A stretch of DNA of 64,000 bases, taken from assembly GCA_963702995.1 (NCBI GenBank), contig OY969783.1, positions 4,457,122-4,521,121 of the forward strand, given 5' to 3'. Below are positions 49,465 to 58,100 of the stretch, in pieces. Positions within the stretch are counted from its first letter, which is position 1. Each line of letters opens with the position of its first letter. Below the pieces are notes generated by a model. It ran no database searches. It was not told the origin of the DNA and saw only the letters and a list, made by a program, of their open reading frames with translations. The stretch is from Tepidisphaeraceae bacterium (GTDB taxonomy: Bacteria; Planctomycetota; Phycisphaerae; Tepidisphaerales; Tepidisphaeraceae). Both the position numbers and the translations under genes were made by a program.

Positions 49465-50901
49465 ATGCCGCTTGCCAGCAAGCTGTTCGAATCGAGTTCC
49501 GGATCATCCGCCACCGCCACGCTGGCCCCGCCGCCGCTCCCGGTGATCGCGCCCGAGCCTGAGGCCCCCACGCCGTTCTCCCAGTCGGCGGACGGCCGGC
49601 GCCTGCGGGGGTTACTGCTGGCGGGCGTCTCGCACGAGCCGCGGACCGCCGAGCCGCTTGCGCTGGCGGAAGCCCGCGCTCGCGCCGGGTCTCGGCTGGA
49701 GGAGGTCTACGCGGGCATCGGCCCTAAGCTTGCCCCGGCGGACAAAGCGGACTTGTTCGACGCGGTGATGGCCGACCTGTTCGGCTTCGGCCCGATCCAG
49801 AGCCTGCTGGAAGACGCTTCCGTCACCGAGATCATGGTCAACCGTTGCGACCGGGTCTACGCCGAGCGCAAGGGCAAGAGCGGCCTGACGCCGATCCGGT
49901 TCGACGACGACGCCCACGTGCGCCGCATCATCGACCGGATCATCCTCCCGCTCGGCCGCCGGGTGGACGGCGATAACCCGCTCGTGGACGCGCGCCTTCC
50001 CGACGGCTCGCGCGTCAACGCCGTCATCGAGCCCGTGGCGATCGACGGCCCCAACATCACCATCCGCAAATTCAGCAAGACGCGGCTGACATCGGAGGAC
50101 CTTGTCCGCTTCGGGTCGATGACCGCACACCTCGCCGAGTTCCTCAGGGCGTGCGTCATCTCGCGAATGAACATTATCGTCTCAGGTGGCACCGGTTCGG
50201 GCAAAACGACGTTGTTGAACGTCCTCTCCAGCTTCATCCCGGAGCACGAACGCATCGTCACGATCGAAGACGCGGCCGAGCTGAAGCTCGCGCAGGACCA
50301 GGTCGTCCGCCTGGAGACCAAGAAAGCGAACACCGACGGCAGCGGCGGCGTCAGCGCCCGCGACCTGGTGAAGAACGCGCTGCGGATGCGGCCGGAACGG
50401 ATCATCGTCGGGGAGTGCCGCGGCGGCGAAACGCTCGACATGCTCCAGGCGATGAACACCGGCCACGACGGCTCGCTGACGACCCTCCATGCCAACACGC
50501 CGCGCGACGCCATCAGCCGCATCGAGACGATGGCGCTGATGGGCGGCATCGATTTCCCGATCCGCGTCATCCGCGAACAGATCGCATCGGCCGTCCAACT
50601 CATCGTGCAGCAGTCGCGCATGCGCGATGGTTCCCGCAAGGTCACCTACATCACCGAGGTGGCGGGCATGGAAGGGGACCGCGTTGTCCTCCAGGAGCTC
50701 TTCCGATACGAGGAGGCGGCCGACTCGAGCGGCAAGGTCACCGGCGGCTTCCGGCCCACCGGCCTTCGCCCCAGCTTCATGTCCAAGCTCGAAGCCTGTG
50801 GCTTCCGCCTGCCCTCGGAGATCTTTACCGCCGGCGCCTCGCTAATGGGGAACCTGGGCAAGAACGTCGGCAACAGCGGCGTCAGCGCCGGCCGCTGGTG
50901 A
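49465..50901 (+). CDS. cpaF: CpaF/TadA-type secretion ATPase of Tad/Flp pilus systems
   Basis: Walker A GGTGSGKTT, Asp box, Walker B IIVGECRGGE, His box LTTLHANTP; typical CpaF length. Confidence 0.9.
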   Translation: MPLASKLFESSSGSSATATLAPPPLPVIAPEPEAPTPFSQSADGRRLRGLLLAGVSHEPRTAEPLALAEARARAGSRLEEVYAGIGPKLAPADKADLFDAVMADLFGFGPIQSLLEDASVTEIMVNRCDRVYAERKGKSGLTPIRFDDDAHVRRIIDRIILPLGRRVDGDNPLVDARLPDGSRVNAVIEPVAIDGPNITIRKFSKTRLTSEDLVRFGSMTAHLAEFLRACVISRMNIIVSGGTGSGKTTLLNVLSSFIPEHERIVTIEDAAELKLAQDQVVRLETKKANTDGSGGVSARDLVKNALRMRPERIIVGECRGGETLDMLQAMNTGHDGSLTTLHANTPRDAISRIETMALMGGIDFPIRVIREQIASAVQLIVQQSRMRDGSRKVTYITEVAGMEGDRVVLQELFRYEEAADSSGKVTGGFRPTGLRPSFMSKLEACGFRLPSEIFTAGASLMGNLGKNVGNSGVSAGRW

Positions 50902-50984
50902 TCCGGCTGCAATGGGCGTGTGAGATTACTCCCCTCGATCGAATGCAGTTAGCACTACAGTGCTACCTCGTGCGTTGCGGCACA

Positions 50985-51140
50985 ACGAAAACGTCAAAAT
51001 CCAAAGCACGAAATCCGAAGGAAGCACCAAGGGGAATGAAAGAAACCAACGGGAACGGACGGGTCGATTTCCCCTTGTTCCCTTTCTTGTGTTCCTTGGT
51101 TCTCCGCGCTTCGGATTTTACTTTTCGTAACGACTTACCG
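50985..51140. repeat. palindromic intergenic element, family cgaaatccgaagg (copy 3)
   Basis: cacgaaatccgaaggaagcaccaaggggaa ... ttccccttg ... gcgcttcggattttacttttcgt. Lies between convergent cpaF and the PilZ gene. Confidence 0.45.
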
Positions 51141-51168
51141 CCGACCAGCGCTGTAGTGTGAGTTAGCG

Positions 51169-51570
51169 TCAATCCCAAGGGGTTGCGACCGGGTCTTGGG
51201 AAAGCTGCCTTAGGAATGTTGCGCCGACGGTGAACAGTTCGTCCGTCGCGGGATGCCATCGGGCGGCGCGGCAGAGGACGGAATGCACGTCGCCGCGCCG
51301 CACCCCCGGGACGCGGAGGATGAACCAGTCCCCCTTCATCAGTCGCACCGGCGCCAGGATCGAGACGCCGCCGGGAGACATGTCGCGCACGGTCACGGCC
51401 AGGGCCGTCCTTGCGCGGGGGCCGTCGCAGGGGATGACGATCGCGCGTCCGCCGAGTCGCACGCGCCGGTCTCGCAGCGGGCTGGGGCCATTGATCCGTG
51501 CCGGCTCCAGCGGCCTCTCCCCGCGGAGAGAGGCCAGCATTTCGCGAAAGAGTTCCGCCGTCAGCGTCAT
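51169..51570 (-). CDS. PilZ domain c-di-GMP-binding protein
   Basis: RDRRVRLGG (RxxxR) and DMSPGGVSI (DxSxGG). Confidence 0.65.
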   Translation of the reverse strand: MTLTAELFREMLASLRGERPLEPARINGPSPLRDRRVRLGGRAIVIPCDGPRARTALAVTVRDMSPGGVSILAPVRLMKGDWFILRVPGVRRGDVHSVLCRAARWHPATDELFTVGATFLRQLSQDPVATPWD

Positions 51571-51938
51571 ATCGATTGTCGCGTCCCCACCACGCTCAAA
51601 CGACGGCGGCCGGGCCCGCGAGAGGGGTGGACCGCCCCTCCTCTTTCATCGGCGGTCGGGCAGCTCGACTCGGCTTTGTCCCCAAACAAATTCGAGGCGA
51701 TGAAAGGCGTACGCGGCAGTCCGCTCCCTCGCCCATGTACCCATGGGAGAGGGTGGGGTGAGGGTCTTCGTCGTACATCGTTTAGCAGGAGCCAAAGCGC
51801 GGGTTTTGTAATCCCGCCGCCGGCCGTCCGCCCCGATGCCCGGACGCGTTTCTGTCGAAATCGCCATTCCGCGTAGGATGCGGCCGCCCTTATGTTCAGG
51901 CCGTTAGCCGGCGGCCGCATCGAGCGCCGAGGGAACGC

Positions 51939-52938
51939 ATGGCATTGACTCAAGCCCTGGTCCTTCTCAACCCCAGCTCGGGCACGCTGGCGGCCGCGGG
52001 GGAGGGCGACATCTCGCGACGCATTATCGACCGGCTCGCCGGGGCGGGAGTGACGGCCGACGTTCGATTCGGCGACGCGAAGGCGATCGTCGCCGCCGCT
52101 CGCGAAGCGCGGGGCGGACCACCCTACGCGGCCGTCATCGTCGGGGGCGGCGACGGCACGCTGAACGCCGTCGCCAATGAGCTGGCTGGCAGCTCCATCC
52201 CGTTCGGCGCCCTGCCCATGGGGACGCATAACCATTTCGCAAAAGACGTGGGGATCCCGCTCGACCTCGACTCTGCGATCGACGCCCTGGCGGCGTCGAT
52301 CGGCGCGGCGCGCGGGGCGTGCGGGACTTAGATGTCGGCGATGTGAACGGCCGCGTGTTCCTGAACTTTTCGGGGATCGGGCTTCATCCGCGGATGGTCC
52401 GCGATCGGGACGCGCGTCAGGGGGTTGTCCATTCGGCGAGGTTCCTGGGAAAGGTGGCGCGCAAGGCGCGTAAGGTCTGCGTCGGGCTGGTAGCGCTGGC
52501 AAGGCAACTCTGGCGCCTTCCGCTGCTCAATCTCCGGGTGACCGGCGGGGGCGCAGCTTTCGGCGCGTCACGCCATCGCTGATCGTCTGCAACAATAAGC
52601 ACCAGATGCGGGCGTTCGGCTGCGAAGACGTGGCGAACTGCGACCGTTGCGTGTTGAACCTCTTCGTCGCGCGAGAGCGGGGCCCGCTGGGGCTGCTGCG
52701 ACTCGCCGGCGCCGCCCTGCTCCGCCGCCTCGGGTCGGCCGGCACGCGCGGGTTCGAGGCGATCTGCCTCGAATCGTTCGAGATCGCCGCGCGGGGGCGG
52801 AGGCTGCCCGTGTCGGTGGACGGCGAGGTGGTTGACATGGCGCTCCCGCTCCGCTTTTCGGTCCGGCGGGGAGGGTTGAAAGTGCTTATGCCTCTGGCAG
52901 GCGGGGGTGAAGGATCAAGGGTGAAGGGTGAAGGGTGA
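51939..52938 (+). CDS. diacylglycerol/lipid kinase catalytic-domain protein (YegS/BmrU-like); two frameshifts (about 52305-52325 and 52562-52572)
   Basis: LVLLNPSSG, VIVGGGDGTLNAVAN, GALPMGTHNHFAKDVGIP in frame 0. DVGDVNGRVFLNFSGIGLHPRMV in frame 2. SLIVCNNKHQ...VSVDGEVVDMALPLRFSV in frame 1. The 3' end runs into heptamer repeat D. Confidence 0.7.
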
Positions 52939-53077
52939 AGGGTGAAGGCTGAATGCTGAATGCTGAATGCTGAGGGCTGCTGAATACTGAAAATCGACGT
53001 ATGAAGGCTGAAGGATGAACGCGATCTCGTCTTCCTCTCTTCACCTTCATCCTTCAGCTTCATCCTTCATCCTTCCT
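52907..53077. repeat. heptamer-repeat palindromic element, copy D
   Basis: gaaggatcaa(gggtgaa)4ggctgaatgctgaatgctgaatgctgag...tgaaggctgaaggatgaac...tcttcctctcttcaccttcatccttcagcttcatccttcatccttcc. Between the lipid kinase stop and the PP2C phosphatase stop (convergent). Confidence 0.7.
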
Positions 53078-54490
53078 TTTCTCCTGTCGGCGGCCGCCGA
53101 GCGCCGGACGATGACGATCGTCTGGTCATCCGCCGGGTCGCGGCCGGCGTACCAGGCGCTGACCTGATCGCGGAGCGCCTCGACAAGTTCGTGGGGCGGG
53201 GAACTCCGATGCGCGTCGAGCGTTACGCACATTCGTTCAACGCCGAGTTGTTCGCCGTCGTGCGCCATCGCCTCAAAGATCCCGTCGGTCACCAGGAGCA
53301 GCGCTCCCCCTTCCCGCAGCACGACCGGCGACAGCACGCAGGGCGCCCATTCATCCAGGACGCCGAGCGGCTGCACGAGCGGCTCGAGTCGATTCCAGCG
53401 GCGCGTCAGGGCTTGGCCGATAGAAGACCGGCCCCTGGCCCGCGCTGCTCCAGTCGAGGCGCCCGTCGGTGGAGAGGAATCCGAGGAACGCCGTCACGAA
53501 TCGCCCCCAGTCCAGGTCCGCCGCCAGGCGGGAATTTACGCGAGCCAGCAGCCGGTGGGGGCAAGCCTCGATCTCCGACAGCGTGCGAACGAGCGTCCGG
53601 ACCTGGCTGACGATCAGCGCGGGGGCCAGCCCATGCCCGCTGGCATCGGCGAGCAGGACCCCCATTCGCCCGTCCGGCAGTTCCCAGAGGTCAAAGCAAT
53701 CGCCTCCGGTCGTGCTCGCCGGGAGCGTCCACCCCGCGGCGACCAGGCCCGGGAGCGACGGCGGCGCCTTGGGGATCAGCGCCTGCTGCGTCTGGCGGGC
53801 GAGGTCCATCTCGCGGCGCATCTCGGCCATCTCAATCGTCTGCGCCAGCAGCCGGTGCCGCTGGATCGCGATGCCCGCCTGATCGCCGAGCAGGCGAATG
53901 AGGGCCAGGTCGCTCTCGTCGAAGCCGCCGCCGTGCTTGTTCACGGCTTGAATGACACCCAGCGGCTTGCCGTCCAGGTCCGCCATGGGGGCCGACAACA
54001 GGTTGCGCGTGACGAAACCACTCCGCCGGTCGGGCTCCGGGTTGAACCGCGGGTCCTCGTAGGGCTGCGGGACGTGGACGATCTGGTTGGACTGGAACGC
54101 GTGCCCGACAATTCCGCTGTGGCACGGGACGCGGATCTGCCCGTCGGTCTTCAGGGCGACCTTGGTCCAGAGTTCCCGCGTCGCCGGGTCATACAGGAAG
54201 ATGCTCGCCCGCTCGCACTCGACCATGTCGGTGACGGCCTCGGCGATCTTGCAGAGCATCGAGTCGAGATCGGTCGGGACGGCGAGCAGCCGCGAGACCT
54301 GAAGGATCATCCGCAACTGCGAATCGGTGACGTGGGCTCCGTCGTACTCGACGGCCATCGTCGCCGCACGAGCCTGCGGCGAAGGCGCGCCCGCACGGCC
54401 ATCGGCCGCCGGTTGCGGCAGGGCCCCGCTGGTTGGGAGGGGATGTCCATCATGAGAGGCGTCAGGGTACGAACACAGCGGCGGCGGCAT
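53047..54490 (-). CDS. GAF sensor domain fused to PP2C/SpoIIE-type serine phosphatase (RsbU/RsbP-like); frameshifted at about 53390-53440
   Basis: GAF (LRMILQVSRLLAV...ERASIFLYD), PP2C core (GGDCFDLWELPDGRMGVLLADASGHG). The conserved LLLVTDGIFEA block is in a second frame (53047-53376). Confidence 0.8.
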
Positions 54491-55173
54491 CCGGCCAAAG
54501 GTGGCCTGACGGTGTGTTTAGCAGAATACCCGATCTTGGCCGGCGTTACATCGAAGGATGCGTCGGAGATGCCCGCGGCGGCGTGACGGCGGATAAGGCC
54601 CGTCCAGGCAGAATCCCCTCAACTTTGGCGCCCGCATCAGATGGGGTGTGGCTTTTTTCTGTGGTATCAAGCGGCGGGCGCCCAGTCCGATTGGGCGGGG
54701 GCGTTCCCGCTCGGGTGCCATACCCCCACGCTCGCGGGGGTATGGCATTGCCTCCCTGAGCCGACCCATTTCCAAACAAGAACGAGCATGCCCACGCAAA
54801 CGTGGAGCATGGCGCCCCGCGTGACGTTCTCGGGTTCGAAGCGCGTACCGTAACGAAAGCCGGCCACGCCCATCAATTGAGATTCTCCGATTAATTTCTT
54901 GACCGTCGTGCGGCCGGCCTTATTTTGGTTCCCGTCCGCCGTGGGTCTGTGTTCGCATCCGCGCAGTGGGGACCCACGCCGGGACGCTTCTCGTCGCCAC
55001 CAAGCGGCGGTGGGCACTCTCTCTTCCGGGCACGGCGCCTGTTCGGGCTGACACGCCTCCCCCCTCAACTGTCCCAGCCCTCCCACGCCAGATGGCGTGG
55101 CAGCGTTTCGGCATCGCATGCTGCCGCATGCCACCGCTGGCCATGTTGGCCCGCCTGGCTTGGAGTTCAGACT

Positions 55174-58100
55174 ATGGGCCTCCGTTCGTCCCGCCATACC
55201 GCGGCCGCGTCGCGTCGTCTCTCATCCGGCTTGATCCGCACCGCTCGTCGCCAGCTCGGCCGCGCGGCCGGGGCGGCCGTCGAAGCGCTGGAGGCCCGGC
55301 GGCTCCTGACCACCTTCAATGCTGCCACGTCAACGCAGTTGATCAATGCCATCAACACCGCCAACGCCACGGCCGGCGCCGACACGATCGCGCTGTTCAA
55401 CACGACCTACACGTTCTCGACGCCGGACAACTACTGGTATGGCCCTGATGCCCTGCCGGCGATCACCAGCGATATCACGATCCAGGGGAACGGCGCGACG
55501 ATCGCCCGCAGCAGCGCCGCCGGTACGCCGGCGTTCCGGCTCTTCTATGTCGCGGCGGGGACGGCGGCCGCCAGCCCGACGCTTAGCGCCGGGACGCTGA
55601 CGCTCCAGAACCTGACGCTGACCGGCGGCCTGGCCCAGGGCGGAGCGGGCGGGTCGGGCGCGGGCGGCGGCGCGGGCCTGGGCGGGGCCATCTTCAACCA
55701 GGGGGCTCTTTCGTTGAACGGCGTCACCGTGACGGCCAACACAGCGCAAGGCGGCGCCGGAGCCGCCAACCCGTCTCATGACCCAGGGGGCGGCGGTGGG
55801 TTGGGAGGCACGGGCGGCACTGGGAGCAACGGCGGTGGCGGGGGTGGCGGGTTCTTTGGCAATGGCGGCAACGGTGCGAATGGCGGCGGCGGCGGCGGGG
55901 GGTACTTCGGCAACGGGGGTGGTGGCAGAAACGGCGGTGGCGGCGGCGGCGGGGAGTCTGGCAACGGGAGCGTAGGGGGCAATGATGGCGGCGCGGGGGG
56001 TACGCCCAACTTTGGGACCGCCGGGTCGGAAGGCAACAATGGCCCCGGCGGCCCCGGCGGCCCCGGCGGTGACGGGGGCGGTGGTGGCGGCGGCGGCGTC
56101 GGCTTTAACGTCAATCCATTCATTGATGAAAGTGGTGGCATGGGCGGGCTCGGCGGCATCTTCGGAGGTGGCGGTGGCGCGGGTAGCTCCTCTGGCAACG
56201 CTCACGCCGACGGCGGTGGAGGTGGTTTCGGCGGCGGTGGAGGCGGAGGGGGTTCGTCGGGGTCTGGCAACGCCGGCGGCAACGGCGGTGTCGGGGGTGG
56301 CGGCGGTGGAAGCTACTTTTATGAAGGTACCGGCGGCGCGGGCGGGTTCGGCGGCGGGGGCGGCAGCGGCGGCGATGTCACGCTCGGTTCGGGCGGGGTG
56401 GGCGGGTTCGGCGGAGGCGGGGGCGGCGGAACATCGGCGGGCGCCGGTGGGTTCGGCGGGGGGAGTGGGGCCGGCCTCCAGGGCGGCGGCGGCGCGGGCC
56501 TCGGGGGCGGCATTTTCTCCGATGGTGGCACCGTCAACATCGCCAACTCGACCTTCGCGAACGACACCGCCGCCGGCGGCACCGGCGCCAACGGCGGCAG
56601 CGGCTTCGGCGGCGCGGTCTTCAACTACAACGCTCGCGTCACGCTGACCGACTCGACCCTCGCGTCCAATACGGTCACCGCCGGGGCGGGCGGAAGCACG
56701 GCTTCGGCCGGCGGCGGCGGCTTCTACAACTACTCCGACGGCGACATCGGCAACGAGGCCTTCGTAAACTTGTCCGGTGTCATCCTCGCCCGCACCACAG
56801 GCGGCGACAGCGACTTTGCGCAATCGAGCGCCGGGAACGGTCTCGTGGCCGACGGATCCCTCGGGGCCAACCAAAACATCGTTCAGAATAATGCGGGGTT
56901 CGTCTTGCCAGTCCGCAGTGTCAACCCTCTGTTGGCTCCCTTGGGCAATTACGGCGGCGTCACTCAGACACTCGCCCTTCTTCCCGGAAGCCCAGCGATC
57001 GACACGGGCAACGTCTACTTCGGTATCACCACCGACCAGCGGGGCGTTACCCGCCCTCAAGGCGCCGCTCCGGACCTGGGGGCCTATGAGAGCAAGGGGT
57101 TCACCGTCTCCGTCTCGTCCGGCGACAATCAGAGCACTCCGATCAACACCGCGTTCGCCAGCCCGCTGGCCGTGACCGTCACGGCCAACGACGCCGGCGC
57201 TCCCGTCAAGGGCGGCGTCATCACTTATACCGGCCCCACGAGCGGGGCCGGGGCGACCCTCTCCAGCTCCACGGCCACGGTTGCCGCCGACGGCTCGGCC
57301 AGCGTGACGGCGACGGCCAATGGCACGCAGGGCAGCTACACGGTCACGGCGGCCGCTGCCGGCGCCGCCAGCGCCGCCACATTTCACCTGACGAATACGA
57401 AGCCCACCGAAGCTCCGAGCCTGGTGGTCACGACCGCTTCGGACGTGGTGGACAACACCGACGGCCTGACCAGCCTGCGCGAGGCGATCAACTACGCGAA
57501 CACCTTCACCACGCCCGCCACGATCACCTTCGACCCGACCGTCTTCCCGGCGAACACGCTGACGGCGATCACCCTGGGCGGCACCGAACTTCCGCTCACC
57601 GACACCAAGGCCAAAGTGACGATCAGCGGCCTGGGCGCCGGCCGGATCGCGGTGACGGGGAACAACGCCAGCCGCGTCTTCAACGTGAGCGCGCAGGTTG
57701 CCGCCGAGATTGACGGCCTGACGATCACCGGCGGCAATGGCTTGTCCGGTAGCTTCGGGGGCGGAGTTTCCTCCAACGGCGACCTCACGCTCCAGAACGA
57801 CGTGATTACGGGCAACACCGGTGGCACCGGCGGCGGCATTGGCGTGGCTTTTGGGGCGCTGACGGTTGTCAACTCGACCGTCAGCGGCAACAGTGCTGGC
57901 GAGGCCGCCGGCATCTACTCTCTGGGCGGAACGGTCCGCATCAGCAACTCCACAGTCAGCGGGAATGCGGCGACCAACACGAGTGGCATTCGCCTGGACG
58001 CGGGCTACTCGAACGCCTCGTTGACCCTCATCAATTCGACCGTCAGCGGCAACACCGCCAGCGGCTCGACCGACTCCGCCATCCGCGTGGGCGCCTATAA

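Noticed and set aside
51020-51045. SRP-RNA-like string tCCGAAGGAAGCAcCAAGG inside repeat copy at 50985-51140
   Set aside because: Matches the 4.5S RNA apical consensus at only 18 of 22 positions and lacks the GGAA tetraloop. The same core occurs in two other intergenic repeats, so it is a repeat-family coincidence, not ffs.
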